Source: Saccostrea echinata
Taxonomy: Eukaryota
DNA length: 64,000 nucleotides
Direction of reading: 5' to 3'
Assembly (NCBI RefSeq): GCF_033153115.1
Contig: NW_026889751.1
Location: 28,644,001 to 28,708,000, forward strand
Of this stretch, positions 51,914 through 64,000 are shown one piece after another. How positions within the stretch are numbered: position 1 is the stretch's first letter; each line of letters opens with the position of its first letter. A program made the position numbers and the translations under genes. Below the pieces are notes generated by a model. It saw nothing but the letters and a program-made list of their open reading frames with translations, was not told where the DNA came from and did no database searches.

Positions 51914-52797
51914 TTAATAAAATAAGTAGTTTTATTAAATTGTAATAATATATAAGCGAAAATTAACTACATTGTAAGTATACGCAGGTAAAAGGGGATG
52001 GGTGCTTTCATTTACGTTAGTCCCTGTTGTGCAACATTCAGACAATTTCGGAATATTTCAAAATGCAAAATTTCATTTCAAATGCTATAGTTGCAAAAGA
52101 GTAGATTTCAAATATTATCAAGATAAATACGTTCGATATGTACTAGTATAATAGTAGCCACATTTTCTGTCATCCCTTGTTAACATCCTGATATCAAGAA
52201 CTTGTATATAACTTATACTAGTATCTTATCATATAAAAAGAATCAGAAAAAAAAGAAAAACACACACAAACAAACGAACAAAAACAAACAAAACATAATC
52301 TGGTACATTGTGTCAAACAATGTTTCTATATAAGGATCTTACTTTTTTATGGGATGAAATGTTAAAAAAAATGTCTTTTTTTGTATTAATTCTGCAAATA
52401 AAGACTGACCAACAAAGAATTCTATTGCAAATGGGTAGAACCATATTAATATGTGGAGCATTTTCTCCCCGTGTTTTAGAGATTAGAAACACGAGTAGAC
52501 ATCCAGTCTACATCCAGTCCACGCATCTGTACAACGTGAAATAGGAGCAAAGGTTCCGAATATCAAAGACGGTTTAAAGAAAGTTAATTCTAATTGTAAT
52601 ATCAGGGACCAATATACTACGTCCTTAGTGAAATATTACAGCACATTTTGATTCCAAACAATTGAAATACGAATGTTAAATCTACTGTACATGTCTAGAA
52701 GGAATAAAAACAATCAGAAACAATAACCACGTTAAATGGAATTTACTAAACATCACTTTAGCTAACATGTACATGTAGTCTGAATAATTATGTTCTT

Positions 52798-52799
52798 TC

Positions 52800-52839
<40 letters not shown>
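52798..52839. repeat. (CT)n microsatellite
   Basis: About 20 CT units; a second (CT)n tract lies at about 53213-53238. Confidence 0.95.
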
Positions 52840-52842
<3 letters not shown>

Positions 52843-53451
52843 ATTAATTATGCCTTTGGAGACAATTCTACAATCCTGATCAGCATATGTAAAGTATGCA
52901 GTGGTTATTTGTTATTTCCTGATTCCAATGAAAATTTATCCGTATCTCTCAAAATAAAGTGGAATAATATTTAGAGACAGTGACTAGCATTGTTTTAATT
53001 TCTTTGAATTGATCCGGACAACTTAAAGTATATTGCAAAACATTGGTCGGGTTCTTATATCCTAACGAGAAAACTGATATACACATGTTCTGGTGAAGTC
53101 CCCCCCCCCCCCTCTCTCTCTCTTCCAGTTTGTATAACCTTTTAAAGGCTAGCAAGGCACAGGTATCCCTAGAGATCGAGCATTACCAGATCTTTAGAAA
53201 AAAATTCTCTTTTCTCTCTCTCTCTCTCTCTCTCTCTCCGATGACTATCCTTGGCCAATATATTTGCATGTATCTGTGTAAAAAGGGAGATTACTGGTCC
53301 CATTAGTTGCAGCTTTGCACATATAATCCATAATCCTTTAATCCACGTAAACTCCAGATGCCCCGACAATGTGCATTGTTTGTTTTAATTCTTTTGTAAG
53401 TGCCAAATAAATAATCAGTTGTTTCAAATGTTTAGTTAAGGGAACACTATC

Positions 53452-56400
53452 ATGGGTAAGTCTGTCTATATGAATTTTGTCCAGTATATTTTATTGACAA
53501 TTCTACTATTACAACAAACATATGTTATTATTACTTCAAACACAACTGCATTGCCTTGAAAAGAGAGTTACATGTATACGCCTTATGACCAGCATTATTC
53601 TGTTTAGATATTTATACACCTTAGTATCTATTATTCATATAGTATCTATATATACTTCATTATTTCAAGAATATGAATTATATCAACATACAGATTGACG
53701 CGTCAATAGATTCATTTCACCAATTGTACGAAATATAGTTGAGTCGCCTGCAGAGCAGAGCGATACTTGGGGATCACTTTACCCGGCGTCTGTTTGTCTG
53801 TCTGTCCCGTTTGTCACACTTTATATCTCGAGAACTGTATGAGATATGGATAAGGTATTTTACACATTTATTGCATTGCACTGTGGCTTTTGTAAATTAC
53901 CATAGTTTCCGACCTCGTGACCCTTGACCTTGACCTTTGACCCACTTTTCAAAATAGTTCATAGCGCCGATGTACCGCAAAGTTTTGACATTTAAGAGGA
54001 GATGCTATCTAGCATGTGCACTGTTTGAGATAAAACAATGTGAAAAATCCACTTTACCTTGACCTTTGAAGTACTTTGCAAGATATATCCAGGGCAGTTA
54101 AATTTAACTTATGACTTTTGAGAGGCAGAGTTTTAATAATCAACATTAATACATGCTTATGAGCTAATGATACTCACGTTGAAAATGTATGATATTCAGT
54201 TACCACACACTTATATTAAAATACTCTGAAAATACATTGGGATTGGTATTCCACATCGTGTAGACCAAAGACAAACTGAAATCTTTAGAAACACGTATTA
54301 ATAAAATGATAAATAATTATTTCGAATAATTTCAATTTTATTATTCATTTGAGAGTTGGGGGACCATATTTTCTTTGTCAGATTCTATCTTAGTCTTATA
54401 CTATCCGAGGATACTCTTTTTTTCTCTGCAGACAAATGCATGAAACTATCGTGCATGCTAGTAGTAAATAAATAGCTAACCACTCTTAGATTTATTTAGA
54501 TCATTAATGAAGCTACAAAGCAGGCGACACATGCATTCCTTGGAACACTCTAAGTTTATATTTTTGTATCATCAACAATATCAAAATTTGCAAGGGACTA
54601 AATCAACATGAACAGACTACATGTATACCACGGAAATAACCACTGAAAAAACAGACTTTAATACAGACGAGGAATCTCTGTTTTATAACATGTAATTGAT
54701 ATCGCTACCTCTTTACTGGCAATTCTTTATATCCTAGTTCCCCTTTAATCTGTTTTTCTCTAAGGATTATTCAAGGACTCAAAGTATCCATAAAAGCGAT
54801 TTCTTGTAAACGGATTCATTATAGTTTCAATGTACTGGTTCAAAAGTCAGAATTGGAGGTCATTTAATAAATTGACTTTCTAGATACTACTTATTAAGAT
54901 ACGTCTTACTCATGTAATCTTATAAATTCAGTAAGAAGTAAATGCTTAGTTTAACAAGTTAACATATTTCAGCTCCCACAGAGAAAGATTCCTACGATTT
55001 GGCCCGGAACTATGGACTTGACATATCCATGCCAGATGTCAACCTTGCTGTGTCAACAGCAGCTCAGAAAATATACGCCAAAAAGTGCAACAACCTCTAC
55101 AAGGAGTTTCAGAAGAAACTATCCTTCCTCATCAAGGAGGAACAGGTGGTCCGCCGCGATCTAATGAAGCTGAAGAAAGAGAAGGCGGTGAACAGTCGTT
55201 ATTCCCTTTATAGGACGGAAGGAGCTGATCTCTTCTCCAAAGCTTGTCAGAAGCGGAAGACGTACAGGGAGAATAATCTGGCCACGATATCACCTCTTCT
55301 TGAAGACTGTTTCGATTTCACGCCGTGTGGGATTGACTCGGTGATAGCAGAAGAGGATGAAACAGAGGAACGTCCTAAAACTGCCCCCGGTGATAATTCT
55401 CAATTACCTGTGGATAAAATTGTAGGTGCTGATGTGGATTCCGTGTTCGAGGACAACAGGCCTAAAACTGCCGGGATTTCACTAAAGGAAGGTAAAAAGA
55501 CATCTAAGGCTGATGTTAAATCCAACATCATTAAACCTCGTGAAAGGAAAAATTCTGAACCCGATCACAAAGACAGTAAAGGAAACGAAAGAAAGAGTCT
55601 AGAAGAAATAAAACTGCCTGAGCAGAAAATCGCACAAATTGATCGACTATTGAAATCTGCTAGTCAAGTTAGATCCAATCCCATAGACAATGAAATGACG
55701 TCACTTCCTGAATTGAAATCGGAAGAGGAGAGTGACAAGGAAGATGGAGAAGTTGATGTACAGACTGAACGAACAAGGGCAAGAAAAATTACGATTAAAG
55801 CAGAGAAATTTCTTGAACTTGAAAGAGGCAAAACCACAGTGACTTTAAAAGACAAAGAGGGTGAATTCATTTTGAAACCCTTAAACATTAACTATGAGCC
55901 AGACGAAGTGGAAGCCGTTTTCTTTGCAAAGGATCCAACACGAGAGAAAATGGCTTTGGTACGACAAAAAACGAGCTGGAATTCGCAAACAGTAGCTTCA
56001 GATCTCAAAGTCAACAACAGAATGGCTATTCAGAAATCTTTAATGGGATTGAGTTCAAAGAAGACAACAGTGGCTGAAATTTTTAACAATGCACGGGACA
56101 GAAGAACCCGCCATTTTAGAATTATGCTTAAAAATCCTTTGTTAAACGCTGAAAATGAAGAAGCTGAGAAAGACAGAAAGAAATCGATCATTGTAGTACC
56201 TCCTGGTATGACCAGATGGAAGTCTCTTGCTGTTGCTACCAAAGTAGCTTCGTCATTCAAACCAAAAGAAGAGAAACGACCCGCTACTACAGCTGTACAT
56301 CTCTACAAACACCAGAAAAAGATGGTCTCCAAGCAGGACGCTAAACCGTCCACCAAAGCTACCAGGACAACGATGACAAGGCCCCATGTAAAGTCGGAAT

Positions 56401-56969
56401 CCGAGTCGCTGTCAAAGCCAGAAAGTGCCCCTATCAAACAGCATCTCAGAGTAACCATCACTTCACCTAGTGGTGCAGACAAGAATGTGCCACTGCAAAC
56501 AAAAATCAATAAAAAGGGTAGCGATGATCATTCTGAACTTTTCCATCGAGTAAAACATTTTCCAAAAGGTCAAGACAGTAAACCTTTAAATCGATCTTCA
56601 ACATCAATGTCAAATCGAGAGGACATCCCACTTCATCTCTCTGACAGAGATATGACGGATATGATACGAAAGATGGTGGAGGCAGATAATGATAGCCGAA
56701 GCGAAGCCCCGGATGTTAAGAAAAGGAAAGGAGGAAATCGATTGCAGAAAACTCCGACAGCAGACAATTTATCTGAAACGGATTCTATATACTTTGGCAA
56801 CGTACGGCGTCTTCTGTCTAGCAATCAGGCTCGACAAATCATTAAAGACCTGAAGAGGCGGGATCAAGAATATGATGACGCGATGCTAAACATGAGACGC
56901 AGGGTCGCTATTGGAGCACAAGGTCACAACTTCATGAGACGCCCCAACAGCGTGGCAGGTTTTAGATAG
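53452..56969 (+). CDS. Uncharacterised protein, paralog B; join(53452..53455,54973..56969), ~666 aa
   Basis: 2.0-kb open exon after acceptor (catatttcag|); ATGG|gtaagtct at 53452, as in paralog A; shared blocks LARNYGLDISMP, YSLYRT, TERTRAR, KKTTVAEIFNxARDRxTRHFRI, MRRRVAxGA. Confidence 0.85.
53739..54557 (+). mobile_element. HINE in intron 1 of paralog B
   Basis: Subterminal IR GTCGCCTGC / GCAGGCGAC, (GTCT)n tract, tgaccttgacctt internal motifs, short 3' hairpin. Confidence 0.7.
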
Positions 56970-57830
56970 TCCAGGAATTTATGAGCGTTTCAAGATCCAC
57001 ATAGTCACAGAAATTCAAGAGACTCTCCTTCAAGAGCATGGCAACATTCAGATAATAAAAGAATTATGTCAAAAAATTACAATGTAAACTGTGCCAGCTG
57101 TTCTCAAAGGAGATTTAAAAATAACGATATCTTGTATGCCACGATTCTATTCACAGAGTCGAATACATTAAAAGCTTGAATATATTTCCACGATGCTAAA
57201 ATTCACCTTTTCCTCCTGAGTTTTATTTAATGACATAAAAAATAGGGAGTGATTATCTATAAGACGGTTATTACAATAAATTTCTTTTGTGAATTTAAAA
57301 TCGACTTTTGAACACAATTTTAAAAGGACTTCATAAGTCGCAAGATTTAAATGGCTTTAATGAATTACTTCTTTTTTCAAAATTCGTTTTGATGGCGTTC
57401 TAAAATTGATGTTAATGTATCCTTTCCACTTGACCGAAATTGATGACTCGATATAACAGAAGAGTAGACAAAGAATTTAATTTGATTTAAAGTAGCTTGG
57501 AATGTTTTACATAGCTTTCTGTGTTAAATTTTCTCCAAATCACAGGGGGAAAAAACCGCTTCATTTGTTAGTTCAAATTTAAACAAGTTAAATTTTGGAG
57601 TTTATTACATTTCAACAGTGAAATACTGTAATTTATCAGTTACTTAAAAGTGACTTTTTACAGGTGTTATTTCTCAGAATGTTGAAAATAAGTGTTTTTT
57701 CACGGTGTAAAAATACATTCGCGGTAAAAACCATTGCTTTGAAAATTAAAATAAAATACTTCCTACAGATAATGAGATAAATAAACCATCCTGACGTTGA
57801 CCAAAATAGCCAAAGTTTTTTGTTTGTTTG

Positions 57831-59507
57831 TTAGCTCTACTGGTCAGAGACCAGAAGAGCTTATGCGATAGTAATGTGTCCGTCGTCCGTCCGTCTGTCT
57901 GTCTGTCCGTCCGTCTGTAAACAATTTTTCAAAATGCTACTCCTCCTACAGTTTTGGTCTGATTTCAATATGACTTGGCACACAAGTAGACTACACTAAG
58001 ATACATAATTCTGTGTATCGGTTTTTGATTTCGATGAACGGTGTTGCCATGGTTACTAAAAATAGAAATTTCTGTGAAAAACATTCAAAATGCTACTTCT
58101 CCTACAGTTTTGATCTGATTTCAGTATAACTTGGCACACAAGTAGACTATACTAAGATGCATAATTCTGTGTATCGGTTTTTGATTTCGATGAACGGTGT
58201 TGCCATGGTTACTAAAATAGAAATTTCTGTGAAAAACATTCAAAATGCTACTCCTCCTACAGTTTTGATCTGATTTCAATATAACTTGGCACACAAGTAG
58301 ACTACACTAAGATACATAATTCTGTGTATCGCTTTTTGATTTCAATGAACAGTGTTGCCATGGTAACTAAAAATAGAAATTTCTGTGAAATACTTTCAAA
58401 ATGCTGCTCCTCCTACAGTTTTGATCTGATTTCAATATAACTTGGCACACAAGTAGACTACACTAAGATACATAATTCTGTATATCGGTTTTTGATTTCG
58501 ATGAACGGTGTTGCCATGGTTACTAAAAATAGAAATTCCTGTGAAAAACATTAAAAATGCTACTCCTCCTACAGTTTTGATCTGATTTCAATATAACTTG
58601 GCACACAAGTAGACTATACTAAGATGCATAATTCTGTGTATCGGTTTTTGATTTCGATGAACGGTGTTGCCATGGTTACTAAAAATAGAAATTTCTGTGA
58701 AATACTTTCAAAATGCTACTCCTCCTACAGTTTTGATCTGATTTCAATATAACTTGGCACACAAGTAGACTACACTAAGATACATAATTCTGTATATCGG
58801 TTTTTGATTTCGATGAACGGTGTTGCCATGGTTACTAAAAATAGAAATTTCTGTGAAAAACATTCAAAATGCTACTCCTCCTACAGTTTTGATCTGATTT
58901 CAATATAACTTGGCACACAAGTAGACTATACTAAGATACATAATTCTGTGTATTGGTTTTTGATTTCGATGAACATTGTTGCCATGGTTACTGAAAATAG
59001 AAATTTCCTTGAAATACCTTCAAAATGCTACCCCTACAGTTTTGGTCTGATTTTAGTATTACTTAGCATACAAGTAAACTACACTAAGATACATAATTCT
59101 CTGTACCAGTTTCGGATTTCGATGAATGGTGTTGCCATGGTTACTAAAAATAGAAATTTTCTTGAAATACTTTCAAAACGCTACTCCTCCTACACTTTTT
59201 GTCTGATTTCAGAATAATGTGGCATACAAGTAGACTACAGAGATACATAATTGGTGTTATTGTTTTTTGATTTTGTTGAATGATGTTGCCATGGTTACTT
59301 AAATCAAAATTTCAGTAAAATTGTTTTAAAAGGCTACTCCTCCTACAGTTTTAGTCTGATATAATAATAAATCTTGCCAAAAAGAGACTAAACCAAGGAT
59401 CATTATTCTATTTATTGCTGTTGAAAAGTTTCAAGTCCAAGTGCTACTTTTATCTTCCTTTATAAATACAACCAGTAGAGCTACAGTCTCATCAGAGACT
59501 TCTGGTT
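57831..59507 (+). mobile_element. HINE with 156-bp tandem array (9 units plus partial)
   Basis: Perfect 13-bp subterminal IR TAGCTCTACTGGT / ACCAGTAGAGCTA (59471-59483), (GTCY)n tract, 3' hairpin AGTCTC-atca-GAGACT, T-rich flanks; unit starts at 57931, 58087, 58242, 58398, 58554, 58710, 58866, 59022, 59175. Confidence 0.92.
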
Positions 59508-59649
59508 TTTTATTGTTGTTAAAATTGTTGTTGAAATCCAAGTTTAAAATAGCGCTTAGCTATAACATCATACCTTACTCCACTGCATTGAGAAGAAGCA
59601 ACTAAAAGGCGATTAGGGGCATAAGGAAAACCAAACAAAATATAATTAG

Positions 59650-59840
59650 CAGAGAATTCACTGATGATTTGCAGTTGGATATGGAATTCGTTTTACTTGT
59701 AAGACATAATATTTTTTTAAATTTTCACTCGTGTTTCGCATTTGTCTTCGTACTCGTGAAAATACATTAAAAAATTTGTCCCACTAATGAAAGAGAATCC
59801 ATGTATGCAACTACAAAAGAAAACCCTGAATATCCTCAAT
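59650..59840. repeat. Degenerate palindromic MITE-like element
   Basis: Central ttttcactcgtg...ctcgtgaaaat with flanking imperfect symmetry (gttggatatggaattc / gaatccatgtatgcaac). Confidence 0.4.
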
Positions 59841-60007
59841 AAATTACAGACCGTATGGATATTGCTATAAATAAATTTATTTTAACTTAACCGTTGAAAA
59901 TAAATGGACAGTAATATTCAATAGGAATTAAAGGTGATGTCATTTAAAATAAATGCATTGCACATGCAGACTACTGTTTCCAAATGTTGGTAAAATTACT
60001 GATGTCG

Positions 60008-61822
60008 TTAACTGGAGTTAATTCCCTTTTGCCTAAGGTAAGAACAAGTTTGCAACGTTGACCACCATTTGGTCTGATAACTATCTTCCTCCCCAAGATC
60101 ACGTAGGGCAAGTTCTTTTGCTTTCATTAACCCTGCTGTAGAAACAGTTTTTAGCCATTTCTCTAGTTTCATTTTCTCTTTCTCAAAGTCTGACTTTCCG
60201 TCGTCTTGGTTTTGTGAATCATGTGTCGGAAGATCCTGTTTTATTGCAGTGAATACATTTCCCTTCCCAGGAGCAATGCTACCTAAAAGTGTCCTCTCTT
60301 TCTGAGACATGGTCCACTGACCAGGGTCAGTCGTCCTTGGCCGAATGTCACGTGCTGCTTCCACCACTGGACTATGCGTCGTTAAACACTGGGCGGTGTT
60401 CAGATTTCTTCGGTTGGTGATTTCTGCCAGACGAACGATCCAAGGGCTAGCGCGAGATCCGACGTGATCTTGCTGAGCGCTTTGTTTCCGGTGAGAATAA
60501 AATTCTTCTGGGTGCTCCTGAACGTATTTGAGATAATGAAGAAGAGGCTGATAATCCACACGAACGTCGTCCTCATCGTCACCAAGGACCTTCTTCTTTT
60601 GTCGAGAAATTTTTCTAGAACTTGTAGGCTTGTTCGGAGACGTCTGTGCCTCTTGTAATTTTGATATCACTGTGTCATCCTCATCCTCGTTTTTGTCAGT
60701 TACACTCTTCGTGTCCACATCACACTCACTTTTATTGTCCTGAGTTGTATCTTGGTTTTCCTCTCTAGCCACTGTATTCTCTGTAACTTGTTCTTCTGGG
60801 ACAGGGTTTTCGAGCTGGTGACGTTTTTCTCTCATTTCTCTCTCCTTTCTAATCTTTTCGGCAACTCTTTGTTTCATTTGCTCCATTCTGTTCGTGGTCT
60901 CAGCAGTTTCTAAGCCAGCGTCTTTCAGGGCTTTATCATGACAATCAAAAAAGCTCTTCCTTGGCAAGTACCACTCCAGCTCGGCCTTCGTGAACTTGAA
61001 CGGGTCACTTTGGGACCTACTCACTTTTGACTTCGGTCTTTCCACTGCGGAATGTGATCTCCTTAGATCCTGTTTTTCTTTAAAAGATTTTTTGTCCTCG
61101 ACACAAGAAAATGAATGTCTGCTAGATCTTCTAGGCGAAGAGATGAACGAACCACTGGATCTCCTTAGTTGCATACTTTTTTCTTTATTTGAAAACTTTT
61201 TGTACGAGCTCCTGCTGGAATTCCTAGTTTCCGCTCTCTCCTCGCTTTCTTCTACTATCGTTCTAAGGTCGTTCCTATTGCCTTTCATTTCCATAGTATC
61301 GTTCAAATCCTTCGATTCTGGCGAGAAGCAAGCCTTCTTTTCTGCTGCGCTATCCACTTCGTTACCATCTGAATCTGTTTTAATATCAGTATTTTTGTTT
61401 TCTGTGTATGTCATGAACTGAGTTTCTAAGGAAATTTTACTCCTTTCTTCTTGATGTATATCACCCTTTAAAATCTCTCCTGCACTTAAATTTTCACTGT
61501 CGTTTATCCCTGAATGCTCTGTCGCCTGCTTGGATTCACTGATTGAAACATTAATTTTATTGGGTTGGCTCTCTTCAGTTATTGCCACTTCACTGATACT
61601 ATTGTCCAGTTGGTCAGATTCATTTATGTCCAGATCGTCGCTGCTGGAACCTCTCTCTAGAGGAGCCGCTGGAATAACAATGGTTTGTTTATTTATTTCG
61701 GAATGATCTCCAGAATTTCTCCGAGATACCTTTGTCTTTTCTGTGCCAGAATTCCCATCGCGCTGTTTTGTTTGTTTTAAATGTCTACGAGGACAATCTA
61801 CTTCTGCCTTCTTTTGTTTCAT
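60008..61822 (-). CDS. Uncharacterised protein (~604 aa), low-complexity S/E/K-rich with predicted helical C-terminal segment
   Basis: 1.8-kb ORF; first ATG in cagccATGa context after an in-frame stop at 61847-61849; strong upstream acceptor (cttttattttttcag|) at 62253; C-terminus EKEKMKLEKWLK...KWWSTLQTCSYLR. Confidence 0.85.
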   Translation of the reverse strand: MKQKKAEVDCPRRHLKQTKQRDGNSGTEKTKVSRRNSGDHSEINKQTIVIPAAPLERGSSSDDLDINESDQLDNSISEVAITEESQPNKINVSISESKQATEHSGINDSENLSAGEILKGDIHQEERSKISLETQFMTYTENKNTDIKTDSDGNEVDSAAEKKACFSPESKDLNDTMEMKGNRNDLRTIVEESEERAETRNSSRSSYKKFSNKEKSMQLRRSSGSFISSPRRSSRHSFSCVEDKKSFKEKQDLRRSHSAVERPKSKVSRSQSDPFKFTKAELEWYLPRKSFFDCHDKALKDAGLETAETTNRMEQMKQRVAEKIRKEREMREKRHQLENPVPEEQVTENTVAREENQDTTQDNKSECDVDTKSVTDKNEDEDDTVISKLQEAQTSPNKPTSSRKISRQKKKVLGDDEDDVRVDYQPLLHYLKYVQEHPEEFYSHRKQSAQQDHVGSRASPWIVRLAEITNRRNLNTAQCLTTHSPVVEAARDIRPRTTDPGQWTMSQKERTLLGSIAPGKGNVFTAIKQDLPTHDSQNQDDGKSDFEKEKMKLEKWLKTVSTAGLMKAKELALRDLGEEDSYQTKWWSTLQTCSYLRQKGINSS

Positions 61823-64000
61823 GGCTGTCACTTTATACCTTCCTTCTTAAATCCAGCTCAAGTTCCTTTGTTTAGTGTTCCTCTGTTTTCATTAATATTC
61901 ATAACTCACGTTGTATCCAATTGTGAATTGTCCCAGTCCAAACAGTAACTGACAATACCACTATTGTCCTTCCAAAAATAATTACTCCTCTGTGAAAATT
62001 CTTGCGCTGTTTAAAGTTTACGGGTTTAGGGTTATTATCAGATGAAATCTATCCATATAAGTCCGTGTTTATACTGGAGATATTGGTGGGAGATAAATGT
62101 CTTGTGTCGTAACACTTTCCCACGTCAGTTATTCTGCTAGATCTCTTCAATCACCATTTCTCCTCACGGCACCGGGAAATACCCTTCTTTTGAATATACC
62201 CGGCTCTTCACTTTTTTTATTAACAGAACAGCTCTTCTCAAACGCTTGGTAAACTGAAAAAATAAAAAGTTCTCAATTGTTTGTTTTCTTTGGTAATTGG
62301 TTTAAAATTGTGGAGTTAAAAGTGTTTGATTTAGTTACGATTATATAAATAACGGAGTCATAAACAGGCGTATTTTGGCGATTAAATCTTGTCATTTGAA
62401 ACATAAATTGGAGTTATTTTGACATTTAAAATGAGAGTCGCCTGGACGATAATGTCTTTTATAAATATTTACCTACACTGTGTTAAATGGTTTGTTGTAG
62501 ACAAAATGGAATACTTCAAACCTACAGAAATAAAACCAAGTAGTAAGATCTAGATTAAGGAAATACTTATACATAATGAGTTTGCCAAATTCCTGAACTT
62601 GCTAAATATCTCTATCAGCAGATATTTTATTTGTTTCCTCAAAATTAAAGACCACGGAGAATTTTCAAATCAAATTGTTTAAAACACCATGAAAACTTGA
62701 ATACAAGAAACTTGTAGATAAATCAATTTCGTGTTCGTGTCATATTCTAAAAATGTAGAATAGTCTTCCAAAAGTTTTCGTATATGCATTTCTGTGCTTG
62801 GCTTTTTGTAAAGTTTTACGCAAAATAAATTGAATTGCACTGTAAGGATTATGTGTCCCTTCTGAAATATAAATGTCTCCGGGAAAATGTTTCGGTGAAT
62901 TGATAAATAAAAGTTTATAAATTTTATGATTTCTGAAAGACATTCTGATTTTAATTTATTATAAAAATTTCCTTTCGGATTTTTCCTTAATGTAAAAAGA
63001 AAATCATTATAAACTTACTTCGATTTCTATTTGTTCCTTGGGTTTCAGTATCACTTTTAACTAATGAGTGACCCGAATCTCAGTTTAAATTACAGATTAT
63101 TTACCAAATGGAATACAAGACGGAACTGGTCAACGTCCCTGACACTTTAAATATCCACGGGGAGTTAATTATTTCACTTCTTGTTGTGGGGCGAATCAAA
63201 CACTTCAGCACGGAACGTCAAATTAAAGTCAATAACAGATTTATTTTTTCTCAATAAAAGTCATTTCACGGTTGTTATTTTTAAAATGAATTGTTAAAGA
63301 AAGGTAATCTTAGACAAGACCTGGATTTCGACCGACTTCAACAAATTCTAGATCTTATCAGAGATTATATGTTAATTTTTAAAAGAAAATATATAATCTT
63401 CACTTGTTTTTCTCTGATCGAATCGTATACTTAGGAGAATGAGATTTCTGTCAAAGCAGTTGGTTTCCTACATCTATAGAACAAAATCAAATTTTTTTTG
63501 AGACACTTTAAAATGAAAAGTCAAATACCATGACTGCACTTTGAAGAAGATTTCTTGCAATTTTACACATATATTTCATTATTTACAATAAATTTAACTT
63601 AATAATTATTTGAGTGAAGTCGGTGCAAAATATCAAAAAGTTATTTAAACTGAACAAATATCGATCACAATCCTATTGATCTATAGAGCATTGAAAAGTA
63701 GCAATTTTCTGAAGAAATTGCGCAAAGCTAAACTTTTTGTACGAGAAGAGAAATTAAAGCATGAAATTATTTCTCGTACATTGACCCCAAACTTCGTTAA
63801 AATTCAATAAAAAAAAACTTGGCCTTACCTCAATCATAAAATATTAAGCTCCTATATTTACTTATTTTTGCCAGTTCTCTGAACTTTTATATAATCCCAT
63901 ATAACAGAAATCTAAGGTACACTGTCTGTTTGAACAATGTATAGTTATCTGGGATTGGGCTGTTAGAATTAATTCCTTGGCACGTCCGAACCCTCAATTT

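Overview
AT-rich eukaryotic DNA with spliceosomal GT-AG introns. The repeat families (Helentron-associated HINE elements with ~156-168 bp internal arrays, Penelope-like RT relics, a Deu/Nin-type SINE) suggest a bivalve, probably a Crassostrea/Magallana-type oyster; this is inference. Seven protein-coding genes can be reconstructed. (1) An intronless ITIH-like VIT+vWA protein with a signal peptide and a GPI-signal-like C-terminus (15775-17763). (2) A 4-exon HLX/H2.0 homeobox gene (26919-31935). (3-4) Two tandem 8-exon galactose mutarotase (GALM)-like paralogs (37847-40517, 42232-45406); both keep the catalytic His/Glu but have lost two conserved sugar-binding residues, and copy 1 has a TG where an AG splice acceptor is expected. 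(5-6) Two tandem paralogs of an uncharacterised family, each with a 4-nt first coding exon and RPKTAP motifs (46917-50641, 53452-56969). (7) A convergent uncharacterised gene (60008-61822, minus strand). The rest is dense with Helitrons, HINEs, MITEs (several nested, with visible target-site duplications), a SINE, minisatellites and microsatellites. No prokaryote-type system (CRISPR, operon, phage) is present. All gene models were read by eye and need RNA-seq confirmation.
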